This document shows, piece by piece, positions 1-9,543 of a stretch of 64,000 bases of DNA; position 1 is the stretch's first letter; the number at the start of each line of letters is the position of its first letter. The stretch comes from Caldilineaceae bacterium bin5. GTDB lineage: Bacteria; Chloroflexota; Anaerolineae; Caldilineales; Caldilineaceae. Both the position numbers and the translations under genes were made by a program. The notes under the pieces were generated by a model. That model saw nothing but the letters and a program-made list of their open reading frames with translations, was not told the origin of the DNA and searched no databases. The DNA lies in assembly GCA_002238445.1 (NCBI GenBank), contig MPML01000008.1, positions 45,599-109,598 of the forward strand. The letters are read 5' to 3'.

Positions 1-186
1 CTGCTCAAGATGTTCGCACGGGGGATGTCGTACGCGGAGATGGCTGAAGCGCGGGGCAACAGCAATCCAATGACGGTACGGAACGCTATTTATGCCATAC
101 GGCGCAAGCTGGGGGTGGGGTCCAGGCAGGAGATGGGTGTTTGGGCGGCACGCAGCGGCCTGCTGGACGACGACGAATTGCTATGA
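1..186 (+). CDS. LuxR/GerE-family HTH DNA-binding domain, C-terminal fragment (5' end outside window)
   Basis: Frame-1 translation LLKMFARGMSYAEMAEARGNSNPMTVRNAIYAIRRKLGVGSRQEMGVWAARSGLLDDDELL ends at TGA 184-186. The pattern (S..E.A......S..TV+N.I..I..KLGV.SR.E) is typical of LuxR-type HTH output domains. Confidence 0.75.
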   Translation: MLKMFARGMSYAEMAEARGNSNPMTVRNAIYAIRRKLGVGSRQEMGVWAARSGLLDDDELL

Positions 187-213
187 CGCGGGGAAGGCTA
201 TGGTTGACTTTTT

Positions 214-521
214 GCAACTACTAAGCCGCATACAGCATCTGTCTTGACCAACTCTTCATCTTCGCCGCCAGTCAGACTTTCAGATGGCGTATTCGGTTGG
301 CGGCAGCCAGGTTGGGAGAGCGGCACTGCCGGAATGCGCAGACACGGTCGGTGAGCGATGGTTTTGGAGGGGGGCGTTGCGGGGGCGCAGCCCCTGCACA
401 AGGGAGGCCGCTTGCGGCCGACCGCCCATAAGCAAAGAAAGAGTATAGAGGAGTGAGGAGAGAGGAAACAGCTTTGCTCGCGTCGTTCAAGGTTGCGAAT
501 CAGTTGCGGCTGAGTAGTTAC
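214..521 (+). mobile_element. MITE-like repeat, copy 1 (about 308 bp) with terminal inverted repeats and conserved two-hairpin core (358-427)
   Basis: Left end GCAACTACTAAGCCGCA (214-230) is the reverse complement (14/15) of right end TGCGGCTGAGTAGTTAC (505-521). Core GGTTTTGGAGGGGGGCGTTGCGGGGGCGCAGCCCCTGCACAAGGGAGGCCGCTTGCGGCCGACCGCCC recurs near 8172, 21304, 32380 and 53046. Flanks GACTTTTT / GTTTTTTT form a possible degenerate 8-bp duplication. Confidence 0.7.
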
Positions 522-828
522 GTTTTTTTTGCCGCGGCCGGCTGGTTGAATTAGCGATATTGCGAATTACGTAAGCGAGACGAACCGGCTTCGAGTGGGA
601 AATGCTGTAGAACAGGCTCTGATGGGGCCACAGTTTGCGTGAAGGAGGGGGACGGCTCGGTTGAGGCGTTTCCCTCCTTTTTGCGCCAGCGGAGGCGCGT
701 CGTCCTGGCATGGCTTTTTCCCTGTTTGCGATTCCTGCTATAGTATCTCGAACAGCGCAGCCCGCGTTTAGCGGGCGCGCAACCACCCTGTATACCCTGT
801 CGGATCATTTCACTTGGAAAGTAAAGGT

Positions 829-1977
829 ATGTCCTCTCACTCGATGCTCGGCGCGTACGGCTCGTGGGCAGCAACCCTGGCCGGTGAAGGCCCCAATTTT
901 CTCTCTTTTCGGCACACGCATTGGATCGACCCGGCGTCCTGGCGGCCGGCGGCGCGCCAGCGATTTCGCGAGCGGGTGGCAATGCCGGACACGGGCGGGT
1001 CAGCGGAGGTCCAGGTAGAGCGCCGGTACGAATATGACGGGCTGCAGGTGGAGGAGCTCTCGTGGCAACTGCCCTATGGTCCGCGCACGGAGGCGGTACT
1101 GTTGAAACCGGCGGGGGCGCGCGGCCAGCTGCCCGGCGTTCTGGCGTTGCACGATCACGGCGGCCATAAGTTTCATGGCTGGCAGAAGATCACGCGGACG
1201 GACGCACAACAGAATGCAGTAAATGTGGACCACCAGGCGCGGGCGTACGGGGGCGCGCCGTGGGCCAACCGCCTGGCGCAGCGCGGGTATGCGGTTCTGG
1301 TGCCGGATGCATTCGCATTTGGCAGCCGCCGCGTCCGCATCGCGGATCTGCCGGCGGTGATTCGCGACGGCATGGACGAGCAGGAGTCGGACGATCCCGA
1401 ATACATCGCCGCTTACAACCGCTGGGCGGGCGGCCACGAGTCGACCGTGGCGAAGTCGCTGCTGAGCGCGGGGACGACGTGGGCGGGGGTGTGGCTGGCT
1501 GAAGATGTGCACGCGCTGGATGTGCTGTGCGGGCGCGACGATGTGGACGCGCAGCGGGTCGGCATCGGCGGGTTGTCCGGCGGCGGCCTGCGTACGGTAT
1601 ATCTGGCGGGACTGGATGACCGCGTGCGCTGCGCGGTCTGTGTCGGCATGATGACAACGTGGCGGGATTTGCTGCTGAACAAGAGCCATACGCATACGTG
1701 GATGATCTACGTGCCGCACCTGGCCAACGAGATGGACTACCCGGACATTCTGGGGATGCGGACGCCGCTGCCGACATTGGTACAGAACAATACGGAGGAC
1801 CCGCTGTTCACGCTCTCGGAGATGCGGCGGGCCGACGTAATGCTGCGCCAGGTGTATGAGAAGGCAGACGCGGCCGATCGGTACGGCTGCACATTTTATG
1901 GCGGGGAGCACAAGTTCGACATTGCGATGCAGTCGGAGGCGTTCGACTGGTTCGACCGCTGGCTGGAGGTATCCTGA
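829..1977 (+). CDS. alpha/beta-hydrolase fold esterase (dienelactone hydrolase / acetyl esterase-like)
   Basis: 387-aa ORF (814-1977). Nucleophile elbow GLSGGG, VLALHDHGG oxyanion-type segment, no competing sense ORF. ATG 829 chosen (GGAAAG upstream); TTG 814 is an alternative start. Confidence 0.8.
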   Translation: MSSHSMLGAYGSWAATLAGEGPNFLSFRHTHWIDPASWRPAARQRFRERVAMPDTGGSAEVQVERRYEYDGLQVEELSWQLPYGPRTEAVLLKPAGARGQLPGVLALHDHGGHKFHGWQKITRTDAQQNAVNVDHQARAYGGAPWANRLAQRGYAVLVPDAFAFGSRRVRIADLPAVIRDGMDEQESDDPEYIAAYNRWAGGHESTVAKSLLSAGTTWAGVWLAEDVHALDVLCGRDDVDAQRVGIGGLSGGGLRTVYLAGLDDRVRCAVCVGMMTTWRDLLLNKSHTHTWMIYVPHLANEMDYPDILGMRTPLPTLVQNNTEDPLFTLSEMRRADVMLRQVYEKADAADRYGCTFYGGEHKFDIAMQSEAFDWFDRWLEVS

Positions 1978-2061
1978 CACAGTGATGATCGGTTAGAGCA
2001 GTGGATTGGAAAGAGCAGACAGACTAGACAATTTCATCAATTGCCGCGAAGCGCGCCAGAA

Positions 2062-4638
2062 ATGGAGAGTCCCATGAATCCAGTCTCCCCACATTTCACG
2101 ACCGTTGATCTGTCGAATTTCTTTAATGCTGAACGCGCCGGGCTTCCTGAACAACTGCGCGTGCCCTCATTGGTTGAAGACAGGACGGGCGCAACCGCCT
2201 TCAACGGAATCCCCTTTTTGCTCGGTGGGTTCGAAGGCCCTGCCGTAATCCTGCTGGACGCGGAACCGGTGACTGTTGAACTGGGGGAAGGACTGGCAAC
2301 ATATGTCGTCTTCCTGCACGCGGTGGCCGATCGCGTCACCAACTACCTCGACGGTTTCGCGGACTTCGCACAGGACGGGAACGAACTGGGCGACCACGTC
2401 TCTTCCTATGTCTTTGAATACGAGGACGGCAGCCGCCATGAAACGCCGATACGGCGTCGATTTGGCATCCAGCAGAGCCGGGTTGTGTGGGGGGGCAGCC
2501 CCTTCGAAACGGTGCCGGCGATGAAGGCTACGGTCTTCAATTCGGCGACGGAGGAGACCCAGTTGGGGCGGGTTCCAGTCAATGACTACGGCCGCGGCGA
2601 AACGCGCACCAGCTCCGGGCGCGATCAGATGGAAGAGAAGATGTGGCTGTACGCGTTGGAGAACCCGCATCCCGACAAGCCGATCCGCCGCCTGGTTTTG
2701 CAGCCGCGCAACGAGGGGTCGACTATCTACGCGATCAGCCTGACGAACGTGGATGAGCATCCGCTGCGGCCGGGCGTGCGCCGCAAGCTGCGGCTGACGC
2801 TGCCGGAGGGTGTCGAGTTCAACGCGATTGACGAGTACGAGGACCTGGCTATCGATCTGGGCTATGTCATTTCCGCGCGCGCGGCGTTTGATTATGACGG
2901 CGGGCGCTGGCTGGGTGAGGAAGCGAACGTGCAGCCGGCGGTATCGCAGCGGGATCTGATCGTCGAGTACAGCGCGCATCCGCAGGCGTGGCTGCACGTC
3001 GGCGTCGACAGTGACGAGCCGATTGTCTATGACCTGTCGCAGCTTGAGGACGGCCAGCCTGGGGACACCATCGTTGGGGTAGCGCCGGCCCACCGGCTGG
3101 TCGACGTGCGCGTGGTGCAGAAGGGGACCAACAACCTGGTGCCGGTGCGGATTCATTTTCACGGTGAGCACGGCGAGTATCTGCCGCCGCGCGGCCGCCA
3201 TCGCAAGGTGAATCCGCACTGGTTTGAGGACAACTACGGTGAGTTCGTGAACGGCCGCAACCAGTATTGCTACATCGACGGCCATTGCGAGGTGGATATG
3301 CCGTTGGGCGAGGTGTTCGTGGAGATCACCAAGGGTTATGAGACGGCGCCGATTCGCAAACAGGTCACGATTGCGGCCGACACCGATGAACTGGTCTTCG
3401 AGTTGGAACGGGTGCTACCGTGGCGGGAAAAGGGCTGGGTGACTGCGGATACGCATGTTCATTTTCTGAGCCCTTCGACGGCGCTGCTGGAGGGTCAGGC
3501 CGAGGACGTGCATGTTGTGAATCTGCTGGCCAGCCAGTGGGGCGAGATGTTCAGCAATGTCAGCGACTTTGACGGCAGGACAACGTTGGGGGCGCGCGAG
3601 TTCGGCGGCGACGGCGAGTTTCTGGTGCGGGTGGGAACTGAGAACCGCATGCAGATACTCGGTCACATTTCGCTGCTGGGATACAACGGCAAGATGATCC
3701 ACCCGCTTTGCAGCGGCGGCCCGTCGGAGTCGGCGCTAGGTGATCCGCAGGAGGTGGTGATGGCCGAGTGGGCGCAGCGCTGCATTGACCAGGGCGGGCT
3801 GGTGGTGATGCCGCACGCGCCGAACCCGCAACTGGAGCGGGCGGCGGATATCGTGCTCGGCCTGATCCATGCGATTGAAATGATGACATTCAACCCCTGC
3901 GAACGGGAGCTCAACCCGTACGGCATCGCCGACTGGTACCGTTATCTCAATCTGGGGTATCAGCTGCCGATCGTGGGCGGCTCGGACAAGATGGCGGCTT
4001 CGTCGCAGCTGGGCGGCGTGCGTACTTATGCGCATCTGGGGGAGCGGGAGTTCACGTACGAGAGCTGGATGGAGGCGGTGCAGGCCGGCAACACTTTCAT
4101 GACGATCGGTCCGCTGGCGGCGTTGACAGTAGAGGGCGTGGCGCCGGGTGGGCAGGTGCAGTTGCCGGTTGGCGGCGGGAGTGTGGGCGTCGACTGGCGG
4201 GTCGAGTCGGTGCTGATACCGATCGAGCAGGTGGAGGTGATCCAGGGTGGGCTGGTGGTCGACCAGGTAGACGTACAAGGCGAATACAGCGCGTCGGGCA
4301 GTGTGCAGGTTGCGGTTACGGGTTCCTCGTGGATCGCGCTGCGGGTGCGGGGCAGTTATACCGGCGCGGAGGGTGAGATCGCAGCGCATACGAGCGCGGT
4401 GCAGACATTGGTGGGGGATAGCCCGCTGTTCAGCGAGGCGGACGCTTCGGCGGTGTTGGAGCAGATCGAGGGCGCGATGGCCTATGTGGACACGATCGCG
4501 CCGCGGCCGAATGCGCAGCGTTTTCGGGAGATGCGGGCGGTGCTGGAAGCGGCGCACAACCGATTGCATCAGCGGATGCACGCGCACGGCGTCTATCACA
4601 ATCATACGCCGGTGCACGGACATGGGAACGGGGAGTAA
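2062..4638 (+). CDS. large metal-dependent hydrolase, CehA/McbA (PHP-like) family C-terminal domain with uncharacterised N-terminal half
   Basis: 865-aa ORF. Has WVTADTHVHFLSP (H-x-H metal motif) and later GGSDKMA, typical of PHP/CehA-type metallohydrolases. Start ambiguous: TTG 2041, ATG 2062, or ATG 2074 (preceded by GGAG). Confidence 0.7.
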   Translation: MESPMNPVSPHFTTVDLSNFFNAERAGLPEQLRVPSLVEDRTGATAFNGIPFLLGGFEGPAVILLDAEPVTVELGEGLATYVVFLHAVADRVTNYLDGFADFAQDGNELGDHVSSYVFEYEDGSRHETPIRRRFGIQQSRVVWGGSPFETVPAMKATVFNSATEETQLGRVPVNDYGRGETRTSSGRDQMEEKMWLYALENPHPDKPIRRLVLQPRNEGSTIYAISLTNVDEHPLRPGVRRKLRLTLPEGVEFNAIDEYEDLAIDLGYVISARAAFDYDGGRWLGEEANVQPAVSQRDLIVEYSAHPQAWLHVGVDSDEPIVYDLSQLEDGQPGDTIVGVAPAHRLVDVRVVQKGTNNLVPVRIHFHGEHGEYLPPRGRHRKVNPHWFEDNYGEFVNGRNQYCYIDGHCEVDMPLGEVFVEITKGYETAPIRKQVTIAADTDELVFELERVLPWREKGWVTADTHVHFLSPSTALLEGQAEDVHVVNLLASQWGEMFSNVSDFDGRTTLGAREFGGDGEFLVRVGTENRMQILGHISLLGYNGKMIHPLCSGGPSESALGDPQEVVMAEWAQRCIDQGGLVVMPHAPNPQLERAADIVLGLIHAIEMMTFNPCERELNPYGIADWYRYLNLGYQLPIVGGSDKMAASSQLGGVRTYAHLGEREFTYESWMEAVQAGNTFMTIGPLAALTVEGVAPGGQVQLPVGGGSVGVDWRVESVLIPIEQVEVIQGGLVVDQVDVQGEYSASGSVQVAVTGSSWIALRVRGSYTGAEGEIAAHTSAVQTLVGDSPLFSEADASAVLEQIEGAMAYVDTIAPRPNAQRFREMRAVLEAAHNRLHQRMHAHGVYHNHTPVHGHGNGE

Positions 4639-4662
4639 GGGCAGAGAGGAGGCTGGGCGCGG

Positions 4663-5403
4663 GTGAAGTCAGAGATGGACGAGCGCTATGTGACTTCGGG
4701 GCGTGCCCGGCTCTGGTCGACGGCGAGTGGTCGGGGTACGCCGCTGCTGATGTTCAACGGCGGCCCGGGATGCGACGACTATCTGGGCCCGGTCGCGGAG
4801 ATGATCGACGACCTGTGCGAGGTGATCCGTTTTGAGCCGCGTGGGTGCGGGCGCTCCGACTGGGACGGCAACTACGATATTGACACTCTCCTTACTGACG
4901 CTGAGGCGGTCCGCCAGGAATACGGTGCAGCACGGTGCATTGTAGCGGGCCACAGTTTTGGGCCCAGCGCGGCTCTTGCGTATGCGTTGCGGAATCCATC
5001 GTGCGTGATGGGGTTGATCGGAATCGCAGGCGGCAGAGTTGTTAATGACAGGAGCTGGAGCGCTGCCTATCGCAAGGGCCTTGAGGAGGTGGGGGAGGAC
5101 ATCGGAGGGAAGGTATTCAGGGCCGATCCGGACGTGAATGCGCAGAGCAACCTCAGTTGGAAGGAGTACATCAGGCGCCCCACTTTGTTCCGTGAGATTG
5201 CAGATCTGCATATACCCGCCATCTTCATCAACTGCGACAAGGATATTCGCCCTAACTGGCCGACAAGACAGTTGGCGTCGCTGATACCCAATGGACGTTA
5301 TGTCGAGATTGCTGGCGCGGCCCATACGATCTGGCTGACACACGCTGACGAACTGAGGGACGAGCTTCGCGGGGCGGTTCGAGAGATTATTCTGAACGCT
5401 TAG
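4663..5403 (+). CDS. alpha/beta hydrolase (proline iminopeptidase-like)
   Basis: 246 aa. Contains NGGPGC, nucleophile elbow GHSFGPS and C-terminal AAH triad histidine context. GAGGAGG lies 11 nt upstream of GTG 4663. Confidence 0.85.
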   Translation: MKSEMDERYVTSGRARLWSTASGRGTPLLMFNGGPGCDDYLGPVAEMIDDLCEVIRFEPRGCGRSDWDGNYDIDTLLTDAEAVRQEYGAARCIVAGHSFGPSAALAYALRNPSCVMGLIGIAGGRVVNDRSWSAAYRKGLEEVGEDIGGKVFRADPDVNAQSNLSWKEYIRRPTLFREIADLHIPAIFINCDKDIRPNWPTRQLASLIPNGRYVEIAGAAHTIWLTHADELRDELRGAVREIILNA

Positions 5404-5404
5404 A

Positions 5405-5575
5405 GCCGCGAAGAACACCTTTTTTGTCCACGAAGGGCCACTAAGGGCCGCGAAGAACACCTTTTTATCCACGAAGGGCCGCTAAGGGCCGCGAAGAACA
5501 CCTTTTTATCCACGAAGGGCCACTAAGGGCCGCGAAGAACACCTTTTTATCCACGAAGGGCCGCGGAGAAAGCCA
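5405..5575. repeat. intergenic tandem repeat, 41-42 bp unit x 4 plus a partial fifth
   Basis: GCCGCGAAGAACACCTTTTT(A/TG)TCCACGAAGGGCC(A/G)CTAAGG starts at 5405, 5447, 5488 and 5529. Units are contiguous with no spacers. The array begins 2 nt after the stop codon of the 4663-5403 gene. Confidence 0.9.
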
Positions 5576-5858
5576 TTCTTGATTTGCGAAGGGCGGGAAA
5601 GAAGGCTCTCTGTGATTGTCGCCGAAGATAAGCGTCGTAGAACACGGGAATCGGGCGAGAATCGGGCCGATTTTGCTGGCAGGCGTCCTGCTTCTGTCAT
5701 ATTTTGAATGGACTTCTGCAAGTGTCAAAGGTACCTAATCACTTGGGGTTTATCCTGACGGGGCGCATTTGCCGGTTAATGATCACCCCATCGAACTCGT
5801 GGTACAATGCGGTCGCCAGATACGGAATACGCAATAGGAAATAAACGAGGACCGAATT

Positions 5859-6845
5859 ATGCCTGAAATTCGCTGGGGGATCGTCGGTTGCGGGGATGTG
5901 TGCGAGGTCAAGAGCGGGCCTGGGCTGTACAAGGCCGAGAACTCGGCGCTGACGGCGGTTATGCGGCGCGATGGGGCGCTGGCGGCCGACTTTGCGCGGC
6001 GCCACGGCGTGGCGCGCTGGTACGATGACGGCGACAAGCTGATCAACGACCCGGAGGTGGACGCGGTTTATGTGGCGACGCCGCCGGACACGCACATGGA
6101 ATATACGTGCAAGGCGGCGGCGGCGGGCAAACCGGTCTATGTGGAAAAGCCGATGGCGCGCACTTACGAAGAATGCCAGACGATGATTGACGCCTGCGAA
6201 GCCGCGGGCGTTCCGCTGTGGGTCGGCTATTACCGGCGGGGGCTGCCGAAGTTCCTCAAAGTGCAGGAGCTGCTCGAGCAGGGCGCGATCGGCGATGTGC
6301 GCTCGGTGCTGATTCGCTATTACCAGCCGCCGAAGCCGAGCGACGCGTTCCCGGACCAGCGCAGTTGGCGGGTCAATCCGGAGATTGCGGGCGCGGGCCT
6401 CTTCCTGGACCTGGGCTCGCACATGCTGGACATTCTCGACTATCTGCTTGGCCCGATCAGCCGTGTGCAGGGGTTTGCGGCCAATCAAGCGGGGTTTTAC
6501 GACGCCGAGGACATTGTCAGCGGCAGCTTTACGTTCGAATCGGGTGTACAGGGGACGGGGACATGGATGTTCACCGGCTTCGAACACCTTGACTGGACTG
6601 AGATCGAAGGCACGAAAGGACGCATCGGCTATGTCTGTTTCGATGCCAGCCCGATCGCGCTGACGACGAGCGCGGGCACCGAGGAGATCCCGGTAACGCA
6701 GCCGGACCATGTGCATCAGCCGCTGATTCAGACTATCGTGGACGAGTTGAATGGACGCGGGCGCTGTCCCAGCACGGGTGAAAGCGGGGCGCGTACGTCT
6801 TGGGTGATGGACGAGATGCTGGCGGAGTACCGGCGAGGAGGTTGA
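5859..6845 (+). CDS. Gfo/Idh/MocA family NAD(P)-dependent oxidoreductase
   Basis: 328 aa. N-terminal Rossmann motif IRWGIVGCGDV and EKPMA motif typical of the family. An extended -10 (TGGTACAAT, 5800-5808) lies upstream. Confidence 0.9.
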   Translation: MPEIRWGIVGCGDVCEVKSGPGLYKAENSALTAVMRRDGALAADFARRHGVARWYDDGDKLINDPEVDAVYVATPPDTHMEYTCKAAAAGKPVYVEKPMARTYEECQTMIDACEAAGVPLWVGYYRRGLPKFLKVQELLEQGAIGDVRSVLIRYYQPPKPSDAFPDQRSWRVNPEIAGAGLFLDLGSHMLDILDYLLGPISRVQGFAANQAGFYDAEDIVSGSFTFESGVQGTGTWMFTGFEHLDWTEIEGTKGRIGYVCFDASPIALTTSAGTEEIPVTQPDHVHQPLIQTIVDELNGRGRCPSTGESGARTSWVMDEMLAEYRRGG

Positions 6846-7171
6846 GGGTCAGTTTCTAGTTATTGGTTTTAGTTTTCAGGTCACTGCCAAGGTCCCTTTG
6901 TTAGTCTGGGAAAACATTTTAAGGAACGTGTTGTAAAAGTCTGATCTAGCCAAACTCTCACCCCGCCTGCACTCCCCAAGAACATGTGCTAAAATACCCC
7001 ACGAACCAGATCCATGATCCGCCGCCCTCGCCCGCAGGGTCTGCGCATTGGGCAAGCGCCATAGCAACGGATTAACAGTGATGAGCCAAATCTCTCGGCA
7101 GAGAGCGGGCAACTCTCTCTAAAGATCTGGGTACTCTCCCGTTCGCACCGCAAAGGAAAGAGCGCACAACA

Positions 7172-7450
7172 ATGCCACAGACGCCGGTCGGTGAAAGAGA
7201 ACAGGCGACGCCAGCAACCCGAATAGAAGACACTTCGTCCGAGTCACCTGTTCGCCAGGAGGGGCCAGTCATAGGCATTTTCTGGGAATCTCCCGCTTTG
7301 GAAGAACTGGCGCGCGCGCAGAACGTCCAACCATTGACTGATGTGCAGGTTCTGTTTGGCACGTGGCCGGGCGACGAAGATGACGGCTTTGAAGAGGCAG
7401 TTTACAATCTTCGACATGCTGTCAGCGCGAATAGTGGCCGTCGAGAATGA
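7172..7450 (+). CDS. putative antitoxin partner of the PIN toxin (VapB-like, family unassigned)
   Basis: 92-aa ORF whose stop overlaps the PIN gene start (ATGA at 7447-7450). Acidic C-terminal LFGTWPGDEDDGFEEAV segment resembles antitoxins paired with PIN proteins. Confidence 0.6.
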   Translation: MPQTPVGEREQATPATRIEDTSSESPVRQEGPVIGIFWESPALEELARAQNVQPLTDVQVLFGTWPGDEDDGFEEAVYNLRHAVSANSGRRE

Positions 7451-7866
7451 GTGTTGACACACTCATTCTCGACACGAACATCGTCTCGTACCTGATGAAG
7501 GGCGGACCGCTCGGGCGAGCATATCAACCGCATGTCCAGAATCATCTGCTTGCCATCAGCTTTATCACCGTTGGAGAGCTTTACTTCGGGGCGGAGAAAG
7601 GCAACTGGGGTAAGAGCAGGCGGAATGAACTCGAAGCGATCATTCGCAGATTCGTAATCATTCCTTACGACCATGAGGTTGCGCGCTGCTACGGTCGATT
7701 GGTCGCCGAGCGGCAGCGGGCCGGAAGACCGATTGCGCCCAACGATGCCTGGATTGCTGCCTGCACTGTGCGGCACGCCGTGCCTCTAGTTACCCACAAC
7801 CCCAAGGATTTCCAAGGTATAACATCTCTTCAGGTAGTCTCGGAGTCTGCTTCGACAGCGCACTGA
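7447..7866 (+). CDS. vapC: type II toxin VapC (PIN-domain ribonuclease)
   Basis: 139 aa. LILDTNIVS (first acidic PIN residue), NDAWIAA and THNPKDF motifs. Confidence 0.9.
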   Translation: MSVDTLILDTNIVSYLMKGGPLGRAYQPHVQNHLLAISFITVGELYFGAEKGNWGKSRRNELEAIIRRFVIIPYDHEVARCYGRLVAERQRAGRPIAPNDAWIAACTVRHAVPLVTHNPKDFQGITSLQVVSESASTAH

Positions 7867-8027
7867 TATGTAGCCTGAGAAGCCAGTACCGGATCCCCAT
7901 GACCACGAACCGACACGGGCTCACGAAAGACGAGGCCCGGCTTTACCACCAACAGGAGTGGCTGAGGCCTTTCACTCTGATCTCGGAGGAGGAGAAGGCT
8001 GTTGTGCGGCGAAGGGTGTACGGACAC

Positions 8028-8395
8028 GCCTAAGCGGGTCTTGGGGATGAGGGTTAGGGAGGACCTACTTCGCCGCTGCCACCATTCAGACTTTCTTCAT
8101 AGCATTCCTGGTTGGCCGCAGCTACCTTGCTTGAGCCGCACTGCTGCGACAGAAGCGTACCGTTCGTGAGGCATGGTTTTGTAGGGGGGCGTTGCGGGGG
8201 CGCAGCCCCTGCACAAGGGAGGGCCGAAGGCCCGACCGCCCATAGACTAGAAGAGAGTAAGGAGAAGTGAGGAGAGAGTAAACACCTTCGACCGCCTTGG
8301 TTTGGGTCGGGGATGCCGGTTGCGGCCAGGCCGAGACGGGCGGCTGCGTTGGGAAAAGCAGGTTTTCGGAGTTAACGGCAGGAATCAGAAACTCG
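8028..8395 (+). repeat. MITE-like repeat, copy 2 (degenerate ends)
   Basis: Core at 8172-8241 is near-identical to the other copies. Left arm (CCATTCAGAC...GTGAGGCATGG) and purine-rich right arm (GAGGAGAGAGTAAACA) are collinear with copies 1, 4 and 5. Termini have diverged, so the boundaries are approximate. Confidence 0.5.
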
Positions 8396-8414
8396 GGGCA
8401 CGGAGCCAGGAACT

Positions 8415-9470
8415 ATGAGACTCAGCAGCCAGGCATTCGGCAAAACGCAGAGTGGACAGGCCGTCCGACAGTATACGCTGGCCAACAACACGGGTGTACA
8501 GACCGATGTACTTGACTATGGCGGGTTGATCCGCACGCTCTCGACGCCGGACCGCAACGGCAAGGCGGGGGATGTGGTGCTGGGCTTCGATACGCTCGAC
8601 GAATATCTGGCCGGGCACCCGTACTTCGGCGTGCTGGTCGGCCGCTGCGCCAACCGCATCGGTGGCGGGAACTTCGAGCTGGACGGTGTGTTTTACCAGC
8701 TTGCGTGCAATGTCAACGACGACCATCTTCACGGCGGGGAGGGTGGCTTCGACAAGGTCGTGTGGCAGGCCCGGCCCTTTCAGAACGAGCGGGAGGTAGG
8801 GCTGGTGCTCTCCCACCACAGCCCGGACGGGGAAGACCACTATCCGGGCGCGCTGGACACGACGGTCAGGCTCAGCCTGAACGATGACAACGAGTTGCGT
8901 CTCGACTACCGGGCGACCTGCGACGCGCCGACGATTGTCAACCTGACCAATCACAGTTATTTCAACCTGGCGGGGCAGGGAGATATCCACGACCACGTCG
9001 CCATGATCGATGCGGATGCGTTCACGCCAATGGACAGCGCGCTGATCGTGACAGGTGAGGTGCGGGACGTGACCGGCACACCCTTCGACTTCCGCCAGCC
9101 CACTGCCATCGGCGCGCGCATCAACGCCGACGATGAGCAGATCCGCGCAGGCGGCGGCTACGATCACAATTTCGTTCTCAATGGTGCGCCGGGCACGCTG
9201 CGGCTGGCGGCGCGCGTCTCCGAGCCGGTCAGCGGACGAGTACTGGAGGTGCTGACAACGGAGCCGGGGGTGCAGTTCTATGCAGGCAACCAGATGGAGG
9301 CTGCGAGCACGGGCAAAGGGGGACAGGTCTATCCCCACCGCGGCGGGTTCTGCCTGGAGACGCAGCATTTTCCGGATGCGCCGAACCAGCCGGATTTTCC
9401 GTCGATTGTTCTGCGGCCCGGCGAGGAGTATACGCAGACGACAGTCTTCCGCTTTTCGACCGATCGATAG
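8415..9470 (+). CDS. galM: aldose 1-epimerase (galactose mutarotase)
   Basis: 351 aa. GRCANRIGGG.F.LDG..YQL..N...HLHGG..GFDKVVW and later HFPD motifs are characteristic of GalM. Confidence 0.9.
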   Translation: MRLSSQAFGKTQSGQAVRQYTLANNTGVQTDVLDYGGLIRTLSTPDRNGKAGDVVLGFDTLDEYLAGHPYFGVLVGRCANRIGGGNFELDGVFYQLACNVNDDHLHGGEGGFDKVVWQARPFQNEREVGLVLSHHSPDGEDHYPGALDTTVRLSLNDDNELRLDYRATCDAPTIVNLTNHSYFNLAGQGDIHDHVAMIDADAFTPMDSALIVTGEVRDVTGTPFDFRQPTAIGARINADDEQIRAGGGYDHNFVLNGAPGTLRLAARVSEPVSGRVLEVLTTEPGVQFYAGNQMEAASTGKGGQVYPHRGGFCLETQHFPDAPNQPDFPSIVLRPGEEYTQTTVFRFSTDR

Positions 9471-9543
9471 AACCTACTCTGGGGCGAGGCGTCCCACGAC
9501 CTGCGTTCGTTTCCAGGGTCTTTTACTGGAATAGGGGCTGAAG

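Noticed and set aside
198-401. Small minus-strand ORFs inside the repeat copies (198-401, 272-490, 21041-21459, 52961-53562) that share peptides such as LCRGCAPATPPSKT
   Set aside because: The shared peptide is simply the conserved DNA core read in one frame. Outside the core the copies differ by indels that change frame, and start and stop positions are not conserved. This makes it a non-coding element.
505-521. CUGAGUAG in the right terminal repeat as a possible hammerhead ribozyme core (CUGANGA)
   Set aside because: It does not fit CUGA-N-GA (it reads CUGAGUA), and no GAAA plus cleavage-site triplet arrangement was found. The sequence is better explained as a terminal inverted repeat.
5405-5575. 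The tandem repeat considered as a CRISPR array
   Set aside because: Units are contiguous with no unique spacers, the 41-42 bp period is too short for repeat plus spacer, the unit is not palindromic, and there are no cas genes in the window.
7906-8043. 45-codon ORF MTTNRHGLTKDEARLYHQQEWLRPFTLISEEEKAVVRRRVYGHA downstream of vapC
   Set aside because: Too short, with no recognisable motif or RBS, to support as a gene from sequence alone. Its 3' end overlaps the left arm of repeat copy 2. It is mentioned only as a possibility.
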